From NCBI GenBank assembly GCA_964411965.1, contig CAYPNW010000002.1, forward strand, positions 1-34,030: a stretch of 34,030 bases of DNA. The letters are read 5' to 3'. The position numbers and the translations under genes were made by a program. Source of the DNA: an uncultured Burkholderiaceae bacterium (GTDB lineage: Bacteria; Pseudomonadota; Gammaproteobacteria; Burkholderiales; Burkholderiaceae_D). This document shows, piece by piece, positions 1 to 8,701 of the stretch; position 1 is the stretch's first letter; every line of letters begins with the position of its first letter. The notes under the pieces are model-generated. The model saw only the letters and a list, made by a program, of their open reading frames with translations, made no database searches and was not told the DNA's origin.

Positions 1-144
1 GGTTTATCGCAAATAATCCTTAATCCGCTCAATTCTGCCGTTTCTTATCGACCGGGACGCAAAACCACCCATATATTTATCAACGGGGTAGGGGGCATAG
101 GCAAAACTTTTTCAGAGGCGTATGGTTTATTTTCGGAGGCTGAA

Positions 145-312
145 TTGACCCGATATCGATACGTCACCCCATCTAAAAAGGGCCGATGGCACCCGACAAA
201 AGAGGCCGCCGAGGACGCTGCGGTAAAGGCCGGGGAGGGACATCGCGACGACTGGGGACAGCGCCGGTTCTATCCTTCCGTCCTCACCCGCATTGAAACT
301 GACGAAACATAG
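145..312 (+). CDS. Small hypothetical protein, 55 aa (MTRYRYVTPSKKGRWHPTKEAAEDAAVKAGEG...); not in ORF track
   Basis: GGAGG at 135-139, TTG start 145, open to TAG 310-312. Confidence 0.55.
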   Translation: MTRYRYVTPSKKGRWHPTKEAAEDAAVKAGEGHRDDWGQRRFYPSVLTRIETDET

Positions 313-321
313 GAGAGCTAG

Positions 322-483
322 ATGGACGACGCACTCAAGGCCCGCTTCCGCGCCTTCGCCGATAGCTGGAACGCTGAAGATCAGGTCGACGATGGCGGCC
401 TGACCGGGGCGGATTTGAAGATCATCGCGGACCAGTTGGAAGGCGTCGTCCTTATCGAGAGAATCACGCTCGACGGCAAATAA
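322..483 (+). CDS. Small acidic hypothetical protein, 53 aa (MDDALKARFRAFADSWNAED...); not in ORF track
   Basis: AGGAG at 311-315, ATG 322, TAA 481-483; GC3-rich codon usage; convergent with spanin. Confidence 0.6.
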   Translation: MDDALKARFRAFADSWNAEDQVDDGGLTGADLKIIADQLEGVVLIERITLDGK

Positions 484-489
484 CGCTGA

Positions 490-774
490 TCACTTCTGGC
501 CCTGCCAATAATCCCGGTTCCATGCCAGTTGCGACCGACAGTCCTGCCCGGCTTCGCGCAGCGCCATCATGTAAGTCACTGTCGCCAGTTCGCGGGCATT
601 GACCATCGATCGGATCGCGGTCACGTCGCCCGACCAGTCGACCTTTGGAAAGCCCACGCCTTCCGGCTCGCCTTTGCAGGACAGGCGTTCACTCGGGGGC
701 CTTACCTGGCTTGTCGCGCAGCCCGTCAAAATAAGCATCGAGAGGGCTGCCGCCATTGTCGTGCGCTTCATCAA
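490..774 (-). CDS. Outer-membrane lipoprotein, o-spanin (Rz1-like)
   Basis: Signal peptide with lipobox LTGC; last gene of lysis cassette; overlaps 3' end of i-spanin in another frame. Confidence 0.8.
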   Translation of the reverse strand: MMKRTTMAAALSMLILTGCATSQVRPPSERLSCKGEPEGVGFPKVDWSGDVTAIRSMVNARELATVTYMMALREAGQDCRSQLAWNRDYWQGQK

Positions 775-1042
775 CTTTCTCCTTCAGGTGATCTTGGGAG
801 GCGCGGAAATCGGCCTGCCGTTTGGTGTCCTTCGCCGTCGCGGCTTCCGAAGAGGTTCGCGACTGGGCCTGTACCTTGGCGTCCTGCCTGGCATCGTGGT
901 TGGCGATCAGCGTGCGGTCGTAAACGCACTTGGCGACGCCGGCGCCCACGATAAGCAACACTGCAAGCGTCGCCCATATCCCGGCGCGGGCCAGTTTCTC
1001 GCCGAACAGGCGGGTTCCCAGGTTCAATAGAAACAGGGGCAT
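689..1042 (-). CDS. Inner-membrane spanin (Rz-like), 117 aa
   Basis: Start refined to ATG at 1042 (TAATG overlap with holin stop); N-terminal TM (GIWATLAVLLIVGAGVA) followed by helical periplasmic region. Confidence 0.75.
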   Translation of the reverse strand: MPLFLLNLGTRLFGEKLARAGIWATLAVLLIVGAGVAKCVYDRTLIANHDARQDAKVQAQSRTSSEAATAKDTKRQADFRASQDHLKEKVDEAHDNGGSPLDAYFDGLRDKPGKAPE

Positions 1043-1431
1043 TACTTCGCCTCCACAGTTGGGACAGGATCTGTCGCGGGGTTGATGACGGTCACCGGCA
1101 TTGGGCCATCGGTTGCCGGCGACGTGCTGGCCAGTTGCGTGCCCAAGCGCTCCACCGATCGACCGCTGGACAGCGCCACGATGGCATTGACGCAATCGCC
1201 AAGCTTTAAGGCTGACGCGGTGGCGATCGATACGAAAACGTTCTCTGCCCAGTTCGGCAAAGCCCGCGGCGTCAACAGCAGCCCGACGATGATCGCCAGG
1301 AGGATGATGACCAATCCCATGGCGATGCACAACAAGACATGCTTGTCCGTAAGGGTGTCGACCGTCGCCTTGGACGCCTGCATCGGAAAGAGCACACGGC
1401 GGACCGCTAGGTCTAGTTCCGCGTCATTCAT
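1042..1431 (-). CDS. Putative holin
   Basis: Strong hydrophobic helix (VLLCIAMGLVIILLAIIVGLLL) plus a second weaker one; lies between endolysin and spanins; start at 1431 overlaps upstream stop. Confidence 0.6.
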   Translation of the reverse strand: MNDAELDLAVRRVLFPMQASKATVDTLTDKHVLLCIAMGLVIILLAIIVGLLLTPRALPNWAENVFVSIATASALKLGDCVNAIVALSSGRSVERLGTQLASTSPATDGPMPVTVINPATDPVPTVEAK

Positions 1432-1786
1432 TATAATGGTCCGCAAATGGGGGCAGGTCGACAGTCTGGCCCGCAAGGTGATGGGTGCAATCGCCGAGGA
1501 ACTGGATCCGGCCGTCGGTCACGAACGAGTGGCAAATGCCGCAAGCCACGCTACCTTTTTTGCATAGCCAGCACTCTTCCGAACTTTCGCCGGTGACGTG
1601 GTGGCCGGTCTTTATGTGCAGCGAGGGGCTGAAGGTCGGCAGATCGGGATTACCGTTGAACGACCACTTTGCTCCATTCCGGAAAGGAGTGCCCACCGCG
1701 ACAGGGTGCGAGCACTTGCAGCCAGGACACCAGAACGCATAGTTTCCGCCATCAACCGACCGCAGGATGGATGACAGCGCGCTCAT
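1424..1786 (-). CDS. Cys/His-rich metal-binding protein, DUF6527-like
   Basis: Motifs FWCPGC..H, WSFNG..PTFSPSL, CHSFVTDGRIQFL.DC.H. Confidence 0.75.
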   Translation of the reverse strand: MSALSSILRSVDGGNYAFWCPGCKCSHPVAVGTPFRNGAKWSFNGNPDLPTFSPSLHIKTGHHVTGESSEECWLCKKGSVACGICHSFVTDGRIQFLGDCTHHLAGQTVDLPPFADHYNE

Positions 1787-2331
1787 GCCAGCGCACCCAC
1801 GCGATTGGACAGCCAGCCATAGAGGAATGCTTCGTTAGCGGACCGGTTTTCGGTGATGTCGAAGTACCGCGCGCCTTGCAGCGCATCGAGCGCCTTCAGC
1901 AGCACAGCTTCACCCATCGCCCCACGCTTAGTCTGGTAGCCCTTAAGCGCGAAGATCGTCATTGCCCCGATCTGGCCGTCAGCGGCGATGTCGGGATAGT
2001 CGACCGCGCCCCGATTAAGCGCATTGAGCGCACGCTGCAGGAATTTCGCCGCAACCGCCGGCCCCATATTCACGCCGGTGTCGAACATCTCTTCCGCCAC
2101 CTTGGGATAGATGGCTGCGACCTGGTCGAACTTGGGGCCGGTCCAGTACCGCGTCAGATAGATCTGCACGGCAGTTTCGCGGGGTAGCACCCGCATGTCG
2201 CCGGCATAGTGGAAAGATCGAGCGACCTGCTCAGTGACGCCCCATCGCGTTGGTCCGCCTCGATCTGCAGGATGATTGCTGTACCCGCCTTCGCGACCAA
2301 TGATGTCGTCGATCATATTGATGACCTTCAT
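1783..2331 (-). CDS. Endolysin, glycoside hydrolase family 108 with C-terminal peptidoglycan-binding domain
   Basis: EGGYSNHPADRGGPTRWGVT catalytic motif, FDTGVNMG, LQRALN, FLYGWLSNRV. Confidence 0.95.
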   Translation of the reverse strand: MKVINMIDDIIGREGGYSNHPADRGGPTRWGVTEQVARSFHYAGDMRVLPRETAVQIYLTRYWTGPKFDQVAAIYPKVAEEMFDTGVNMGPAVAAKFLQRALNALNRGAVDYPDIAADGQIGAMTIFALKGYQTKRGAMGEAVLLKALDALQGARYFDITENRSANEAFLYGWLSNRVGALA

Positions 2332-2345
2332 TTCTCACTCCCATG

Positions 2346-2369
2346 AAAAAGGGCGCCCGAAGACGCCCT
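2346..2369 (-). terminator. Intrinsic terminator/attenuator just upstream of endolysin
   Basis: Minus strand AGGGCGTC-TTCG-GGCGCCCT-TTTT: cUUCGg tetraloop hairpin plus U tract. Confidence 0.7.
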
Positions 2370-2547
2370 GTGGTGCGGTCATGCCGCGGAATTGCTGTGT
2401 GGCCTCATCTTGAGGTCAAATGGTGCGCTACCAAGCAAGAGGCGCCAAACGTACCTGTTACGATAACAATTAAGGTTTGCCTGCTTGCGGAGTGTTGTGT
2501 TCTACATACTGGCGAATATTTGGGGCATACTCTGCGGAGAATTGTGA

Positions 2548-3264
2548 ATGACTGTGCTTAACTTTGCTCGAAAAACTCTGCGAAAAGTGGGTGTTGAGGC
2601 GTATCACGCCAACCCCATGACAATGTGGGGTCTACGCCTTCCTAAACTGCTGAAACATCACGGCGTTCGCACTGTTTTGGATATTGGTGCCAATGACGGC
2701 GGGTTCGCTTCCGACCTGATAGAAGGCGGGTTCCTAGGAGACGTACTGTCCTTTGAGCCTTTACCCGATGCATGGCAGGCATTAAAAGCGCGTTCAGCGC
2801 GTCATTCTAACTGGAACGTCGCGCCACCTATGGCTATCAGCAATGAAACAGGCGAGGCTACGTTTTACGAGGCTGGGAACAGCGTTTCTAGCTCACTCCT
2901 TACGATGACAGCCACCCATGTCAACGCGGCTCCGCACAGCGCCACCGTGCGTTCGATCCAGGTTAGTACCAACCGCCTAGATGATCTGCTGGAAGACGTC
3001 GATAGTGGCCCATATTATCTCAAGATCGACGTTCAAGGTGCAGAACGAATGGTTCTGGAAGGGGCAGTGCACTCTCTTTCAACCTCTATCGTTGGGGTGC
3101 AATTAGAGATGAGCCTAGCAGTTCTTTACGGTGATCAGCCGAGCGCACACGAGTTGGACACAACGCTCCGCGCACTTGGTTTTGAATGTTGGGATATTCT
3201 ACCCGGCTTCAGAGACCCCAACACTCTCCGTATGTTACAATATGACGGTATTTATTTCAGATGA
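2548..3264 (+). CDS. FkbM-family (Methyltransf_21) SAM-dependent methyltransferase; moron
   Basis: VLDIGANDG, SFEP, LKIDVQGAE.MVLEG, QYDGIY motifs; opposite strand and visibly AT-richer than flanking phage genes; GGAG RBS at 2536-2539. Confidence 0.92.
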   Translation: MTVLNFARKTLRKVGVEAYHANPMTMWGLRLPKLLKHHGVRTVLDIGANDGGFASDLIEGGFLGDVLSFEPLPDAWQALKARSARHSNWNVAPPMAISNETGEATFYEAGNSVSSSLLTMTATHVNAAPHSATVRSIQVSTNRLDDLLEDVDSGPYYLKIDVQGAERMVLEGAVHSLSTSIVGVQLEMSLAVLYGDQPSAHELDTTLRALGFECWDILPGFRDPNTLRMLQYDGIYFR

Positions 3265-3276
3265 CCTTATGCTCGG

Positions 3277-4353
3277 TCATGTGTTTGGCCTAGTAAAGTT
3301 ATTTGCCGCCAGCATCGTAGTAATCGCTCCAGCAACCAATGCATGTGGGGCATCAGTGTAGTGCACTCTGCTTCCCGCAGCGTCCGTTCCAGCGTAATTT
3401 GATGCAACCGTGCGGTCCCATAATGCCTCGGTCGCAACATATTTTAGTCGAGGGGAGGCCACCGACGTGACCCACGCAGCCACGGCACTGCGGATCGCCG
3501 CTGCTGCGGTCTCACTAGTATTATTTTCTAAAGGTGTGATCCCGACAATGACGAGCGGCGCTTTCGGGTACTTTTTATCCCACCACGTCCAGAAGGCGGT
3601 GGCATTGGCTAGAGCAGTCGCGGCCGAGACTCCGGCACCGGCGTCGTTGATGCCAAGATTGTAGAAGCCCATCGCGTACTTGCTGAGCGCACCGTGCCAG
3701 CCAGCCTTCCGCCACCCTTCGTGATCTCCGCTGGTAGAGCCAGAGACAGACTTCAGGATGTTCCGGCAATCAAAGCCCTGCGCAATAAGCCAGTCGCGTA
3801 CAATGAACGGCCACATTGATGCGGTCGTGGTTGGCCCCGTTCCATTTAATGTACTGTCACCGAAGAACCCCAACGTGTGTTTCGCGCTGAAATTAAGATC
3901 GTCGGTAATCACAAAGCCATTGACCGTTACAGAGCCTTTGTAAGTAACAGACCCAGCGTTTAGGTTGTTGCGAACATTAACACCGAAAATTCCGTTTTGG
4001 AATGCGAAACCGCGAATTAATGCCCTAACAGGTATAGCGATTGGTGCATTGGCTCCTATAAGTACCTGAGTAGATATGCCAGGAAATCGTCCGACCGTAT
4101 CTCCACCGACGCCCAACTGAGCAACAGCAGGGTTGTCCAGCGATATCAACGCAGTATCCGCAAAGAAGATTTTGCCGATGCGTGGCGGCTGCGTGCTGGC
4201 TATAACCACTGTGTTCACAGCACCTGCCGCAACAGCTACTCCCGCTCCGGAATTGTTAGCGAATAGCTGCAACGGATCACCTTCAACCAATCCGCGCTGA
4301 AGTAGGTCAACGCCGACCGTTCCGTTCTGAACTTCAAAAGGATAGCCCGACAT
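3277..4353 (-). CDS. SGNH/GDSL hydrolase domain protein with N-terminal beta-rich domain
   Basis: Blocks FFGDS, SVSGSTS, NLGIND, and terminal His (SRVHY). Confidence 0.8.
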   Translation of the reverse strand: MSGYPFEVQNGTVGVDLLQRGLVEGDPLQLFANNSGAGVAVAAGAVNTVVIASTQPPRIGKIFFADTALISLDNPAVAQLGVGGDTVGRFPGISTQVLIGANAPIAIPVRALIRGFAFQNGIFGVNVRNNLNAGSVTYKGSVTVNGFVITDDLNFSAKHTLGFFGDSTLNGTGPTTTASMWPFIVRDWLIAQGFDCRNILKSVSGSTSGDHEGWRKAGWHGALSKYAMGFYNLGINDAGAGVSAATALANATAFWTWWDKKYPKAPLVIVGITPLENNTSETAAAAIRSAVAAWVTSVASPRLKYVATEALWDRTVASNYAGTDAAGSRVHYTDAPHALVAGAITTMLAANNFTRPNT

Positions 4354-4667
4354 TATATAATCTCCGCTGTAGCTGTTCCGGTGAGGGTGGCGCGAACTTC
4401 GACTGCATCATCCCCGAAAAACGGAAATTCGATTTGATTGGTCGCGCCGGATATTGTGTATGCGGCGACAGAGTTGGTTACTGTGCCGAGCCGATTGCGG
4501 GCATCCAGCGTCACGGTGCCAGTACCCACCAAACGGAGGCGTGGCATCCGGCCAAACGCGACCCAGGCTCCATTTGCTAATGGGCCACCGCCGAGCCCCC
4601 GCTCCGCCAAAGCCGGATTTATTACTGCATCAAAATCTGCCCGGTCTTTTTCTGGGATTGCCGCCAT
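4353..4667 (-). CDS. Hypothetical small beta-rich protein
   Basis: RBS GGAG; TAATG coupling to SGNH gene. Confidence 0.7.
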   Translation of the reverse strand: MAAIPEKDRADFDAVINPALAERGLGGGPLANGAWVAFGRMPRLRLVGTGTVTLDARNRLGTVTNSVAAYTISGATNQIEFPFFGDDAVEVRATLTGTATAEII

Positions 4668-4685
4668 TGTATTTGCTCCCGCTCT

Positions 4686-7436
4686 TTACGCACCACGCGT
4701 GACAGACTGCGACTTGGTAAGTCCGCTGCCCCGTGGCGTTAGGTTCACTGTGAAGGTGTATTCGGTGCCAGCGACGAAGGCTGGCCCGGCTAATATCCGG
4801 CGGCTTTGCGGCTGCTTGTAGAGGATCGAAGGATCTATGCCGCTGACTGTCCAGTCGATGATCTCAGGCCCATCATAGTCGACGACAATGCGATCAAGGA
4901 TGCCAGTCGCAAGCGCAGCACCGGATCCCTTTTCCAGCGTCACCGTAGTGAAACGGCTCAGGTCGGGGCCAGCATAGCCGAGGAACGTCGGCATGCTCGC
5001 GGTCGAACCGGTGCGGGTGCAAGAGTCCGCGGGTGCAAGGCCGTCGATGATGTAGCCTACCATGTTCGGGTTGGTGACGCGCTTCTGTCCGTTGACGGTC
5101 ACCGACGACCAGGCGTTCGCATTGCCGATCTGGTTGACCCATGCCGTGACGCCGATGCCATAGGTTTCCAGCGGCGCGCCGAAGCGGGACTGCATATACG
5201 TGCCCGACGCCTTCAGCCCGCGAATGGTCCCGCTATAAAAATGCTGGGTCGAAACCTCCTGTGGGTCGCGCGTCGTTCCGTGGGTAAAGTTGCAGTCGAT
5301 GAACTCGAAGAACGGCGGGTGCGTGATGCCTTGGCTCACCCGGATCGTTTGATAGGCCGTTTGCGCGGTGCACCGCTCCCATACGACCTCGTCGGCCTCC
5401 TTACCCGCGTCCTGCTGCCCTAGCGCGTCTGCATGTTCCTGCGCGTCGAGATAGCCGCCAGGTGCACTTGCGCCAGCGCCCATGAGATAAGCGGTTCCTG
5501 ATGTGAAGTTCGACCCGATGCCGGGGCGGGTGAGCAGGTTCCATGCCGAGGCGATAGTGAAGAAAGTAGTCAGCTTCAGCCGGAAGCTCGTGGGCGAAAG
5601 AACTTCGATACATTCGAAGTCGCCATGCGGGCCGGTTAGCGGATCGAAACCCGGCACCTTGGCGATCTTGAACTTGCGTGCCGAAGGAATGGCCTGCCCG
5701 GCTGTCAACGGTTCCGGGAACGGCGCGGCAATCTCAAGACGCCATTCGTTCAGCGATAAGCGCTCAAAGCGCGTGATCGTGGCCTTGTTCTCCTGACCAA
5801 AATATTTCCAGCTATTGCGTGGACCCCAACTTCCCCAAGCCCGGCTGTTAAAGACGACACCGGATTGCGGTCGCGCAGCCGTACCGCCAAAGGCGAAGCC
5901 GTCCGTTGATTCCGCATCCGTCGCGTCGTGGCTGAACATGGCGGCGAACCACAGATTATCGGTGATCTGCAGTTGCTTCGCGCCCATGTTTGGACCGACG
6001 ACCCACCCTCGTCGGCCGCCCTTATATTGGAGCGTGCCCGTGCGCTTGTCGGCTGTGATGTGCGTTCCTGCTACGGAGATGTAATCGCGATCATCCTCAT
6101 AGGTGAAGGCAAGGTTGCCAGGCCGAAGGTCGATCTTTTCTTCAGGGTCAAACAGCGCCTTCCACCATGTTTTTGCGCCCGCATCGCCGACGATCGCATT
6201 GCTGTTCTGGGTTGTGTGCGCGCCATCGGCCCCCGTCGCTGTCTCGCGCCATACCAACGTGGCGGTCAGGTACGGCATAGTCCGCTCGAAGCTAGTGGCG
6301 ATTACCCCCGTTTCTACGTTGTTTGAAAGCCACTCGCCAATCACGCCTCCGGACGCGCCGCTCCATACGCCCGCCGCAGAGACGGTCAGAACGTCATTTA
6401 GCCCGCTCGCTGAACCCATTGAGGAGGTAATGACAGGAGCAGTGGTATTGACCGGGACGCTGACAGGCGCTGCCGCCACCGCGGCGCTCTCGTTCGAAGT
6501 CTTTTGGACACCCAGACTACCCCGAAACCATGTGACGCGGCACCAAATGACTGCGCCAAGGTCGCTTGCTCCTTGATAGACCGTCGATGTCGGGACGTAA
6601 GTCGCGTTCCATGCGCCGTTGATTGCCTGGACAGCGTTGCTGGGCAGTCGGCGAAACCACTGGAAATTGCGCGATGTCCCGCCGGGCGCTGAACCGGGAT
6701 CGCAAGTGAGGGTCTGCCCGATTTGCGCCGCACCAGATATGGCCGGATCAACCGTAAACGCCGGAGCGCCTGCCAGCACCGAATAGGTGCTGTTCTTCGT
6801 CTGCCCGCCGAGCGATTGATGGACGGCGTTCGCGATCGCGCCGGATACCGTGGGTGTGCCGCTGACCGTGACGGGGCGTACAGTGTCATCGAAGGTGACG
6901 CCTGCGATCCCGCTGGTGCACGCTGCACCTACTGCGACGCCCTCGATGACGGTTCCCGCTGGCACAGGCACGCCGATCTGTAACTGCTTGGACAACGTGA
7001 CATCCTGCAGCACGGGCGCGGCGTCGACATCGATCGCGAACAGCTTCGTCCACTTCCACCCATTGGTGTCAGTGGCCTTGACCTGGACATAGTAGGCGAC
7101 AGGCTGCAGCGATACGGCAACCAGCAGGCTTGCGCCGGAGATGGAGAAATTCGGGTCGGTTGTCGTTAGAGTGACGGGGTAGCCGCCGGGCGATGACACA
7201 TCGAATGTACCGGCGAGCGCGCCGATCGCTGCCGACGTGTCGATATCGATGGGTGTGAAATCGAACGTGCCAAACTTATAGAGGCGATATTCCTTCCCGC
7301 TGATAGTTTTCGTGACGTACTTGGTGCCGTTCTCCGTCGTGACCCACTGCGCGCCGGCAGGCAGGCGCAGCGCCCATCCGAAGCCGCCATTGACCCCAAC
7401 GGAAAGACTGCCCTGTATCGATGTCGATATCGGCAT
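4686..7436 (-). CDS. Large fibre/adhesin-like virion protein (cadherin-like and Ig-like repeats, possible beta-helix C-terminus)
   Basis: Cadherin-like FSISG...VQVKATD; two Ig-like units (PAFTVDPAISG..GQTLTC..FQWFR; PVNTTAPVITS..VLTV..GVWSG). Confidence 0.7.
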   Translation of the reverse strand: MPISTSIQGSLSVGVNGGFGWALRLPAGAQWVTTENGTKYVTKTISGKEYRLYKFGTFDFTPIDIDTSAAIGALAGTFDVSSPGGYPVTLTTTDPNFSISGASLLVAVSLQPVAYYVQVKATDTNGWKWTKLFAIDVDAAPVLQDVTLSKQLQIGVPVPAGTVIEGVAVGAACTSGIAGVTFDDTVRPVTVSGTPTVSGAIANAVHQSLGGQTKNSTYSVLAGAPAFTVDPAISGAAQIGQTLTCDPGSAPGGTSRNFQWFRRLPSNAVQAINGAWNATYVPTSTVYQGASDLGAVIWCRVTWFRGSLGVQKTSNESAAVAAAPVSVPVNTTAPVITSSMGSASGLNDVLTVSAAGVWSGASGGVIGEWLSNNVETGVIATSFERTMPYLTATLVWRETATGADGAHTTQNSNAIVGDAGAKTWWKALFDPEEKIDLRPGNLAFTYEDDRDYISVAGTHITADKRTGTLQYKGGRRGWVVGPNMGAKQLQITDNLWFAAMFSHDATDAESTDGFAFGGTAARPQSGVVFNSRAWGSWGPRNSWKYFGQENKATITRFERLSLNEWRLEIAAPFPEPLTAGQAIPSARKFKIAKVPGFDPLTGPHGDFECIEVLSPTSFRLKLTTFFTIASAWNLLTRPGIGSNFTSGTAYLMGAGASAPGGYLDAQEHADALGQQDAGKEADEVVWERCTAQTAYQTIRVSQGITHPPFFEFIDCNFTHGTTRDPQEVSTQHFYSGTIRGLKASGTYMQSRFGAPLETYGIGVTAWVNQIGNANAWSSVTVNGQKRVTNPNMVGYIIDGLAPADSCTRTGSTASMPTFLGYAGPDLSRFTTVTLEKGSGAALATGILDRIVVDYDGPEIIDWTVSGIDPSILYKQPQSRRILAGPAFVAGTEYTFTVNLTPRGSGLTKSQSVTRGA

Positions 7437-7439
7437 GGC

Positions 7440-7712
7440 CTAGTCCTCGATCAGGATAGCGACGCTGCCCTGACCCTTAACCCAGAAGTTGTCTGCCGTG
7501 ATTGTGACTGCGGATCCGGGATTCAACGATATGCCGTGGTCCAGGGAATCGCCCGAGGGTGGCAACGCTCCGCCGATGTATACGAGGGCCGGATAGTTGC
7601 CTTTGCTCTGTATCGTCAGAAGTTGGCCAGCGACATCCTCATAGCCATCCACCGCTGCAATATCAGTCCATACCAAGGGGTCCAGGGCGAGGTCGTCTTT
7701 GCTAAAGCCCAT
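7440..7712 (-). CDS. Hypothetical 90-aa beta-sandwich-like protein (possible spike base)
   Basis: GGGAG RBS; alternating hydrophobic strands; 3 bp upstream of fibre gene. Confidence 0.7.
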   Translation of the reverse strand: MGFSKDDLALDPLVWTDIAAVDGYEDVAGQLLTIQSKGNYPALVYIGGALPPSGDSLDHGISLNPGSAVTITADNFWVKGQGSVAILIED

Positions 7713-7727
7713 TGCAGTACTCCCATT

Positions 7728-7748
7728 AAAAAGGCGCCCAAAGCGCCT
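7728..7748 (-). terminator. Intrinsic terminator/attenuator
   Basis: Minus strand AGGCGC-TTTGG-GCGCCT-TTTT downstream of the 7773..8168 gene. Confidence 0.55.
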
Positions 7749-7772
7749 ATGAATTCGCCAATCGCGAAAAGG

Positions 7773-8168
7773 TCATTCCATCTTTGCGAGCATCGCGATC
7801 ATGTCCGATGGCGTTTGCAGGAAGGCTGGAAAAGCTGAACCAAGTATCTCTGCAACCTGCTTCAGCTCCGGCGCCTGCGGATCATCGCGCGCCACCTTGG
7901 CGACCATGATATGAATGGCGATCCGGTGCGCTTCCAGTTCAACGCCCTGGGCGGATACCTTGCTTTCGAGCGCGTCGAGACGCTCTTCCATTTTCTTCAC
8001 GCTCGCCGCTTCCCGCTCTTCGATTTCGTGTTCGCGTGCGTCGAGTTCGGCTTGCCGCTTATCCGCCCGTTTCGTCCATTGGTCCCAAAGCCATTTGATG
8101 CCGCCGCCGGTGGCGATCAGCCCGCCGCCGAACAGCCACTCCAGTGCTGTGCGTGGAGGTTCGCTCAT
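7773..8168 (-). CDS. Single-TM coiled-coil protein (holin/antiholin-like)
   Basis: N-terminal WLFGGGLIATGGGIKWLW segment then coiled coil; position after tail genes. Confidence 0.6.
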   Translation of the reverse strand: MSEPPRTALEWLFGGGLIATGGGIKWLWDQWTKRADKRQAELDAREHEIEEREAASVKKMEERLDALESKVSAQGVELEAHRIAIHIMVAKVARDDPQAPELKQVAEILGSAFPAFLQTPSDMIAMLAKME

Positions 8169-8701
8169 GCTGTCCAGCTTCCCTCGACATCGATCGCGTT
8201 CAGATCCTCGATCGATGTTGCGGCTTCGACTGCACCTTCCAGCTCCTGCTTCACCCCGAACAGCGTTTGCGTGCGCATGCCGATAGCGATGCCCAGCTGC
8301 ACCAGATCGGCCAAGGTGTGGGGTTCAGGCGACTTGTCGAACATCGTCCAGCTCAACGCGGGCGGTGCCTGACCCAGCGTCGTGAGCTCCCGCATGAGAC
8401 TGACCGCCGACGTGATGCGCGCCTGCGCCTTGTCGTCGCAATCGACCCAGCCCTTCGGCGATGCGCAGCCTTGCGCGAGCGCGGCGTAGAACCGCGCCGA
8501 TATGCGTTCCAGTGCCGCTGCCTTGGCCAGTGCGATGTCGGACACCAGTTGCGCCCCGTCCCAGGCATATCGTTGCCGCATGAAGTCGTCCGGAGCGGGC
8601 AAGACGGCATAGGCATCGTCCGCATAGTCCGACGCGTCTTGCACGAAGAACACGGCCCCGCTGGCCTTCTCGATCACGGCGCTGAAGGGGTCGTCGCTCA
8701 T
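8165..8701 (-). CDS. DUF4376-like tail fibre assembly protein
   Basis: Start refined to 8701 (ATGA overlap); WTMFDK, KQELEGAVEAATSIEDLNAI..W C-terminal pattern. Confidence 0.75.
   Translation of the reverse strand: MSDDPFSAVIEKASGAVFFVQDASDYADDAYAVLPAPDDFMRQRYAWDGAQLVSDIALAKAAALERISARFYAALAQGCASPKGWVDCDDKAQARITSAVSLMRELTTLGQAPPALSWTMFDKSPEPHTLADLVQLGIAIGMRTQTLFGVKQELEGAVEAATSIEDLNAIDVEGSWTA

Noticed and set aside
1-144. att site or tRNA at the left prophage end
   Set aside because: No tRNA-like fold seen and the partner att copy cannot be checked within this window
2460-2547. Sigma70 promoter for the FkbM moron
   Set aside because: AT-rich region is suggestive but no -35/-10 pair with convincing spacing was found
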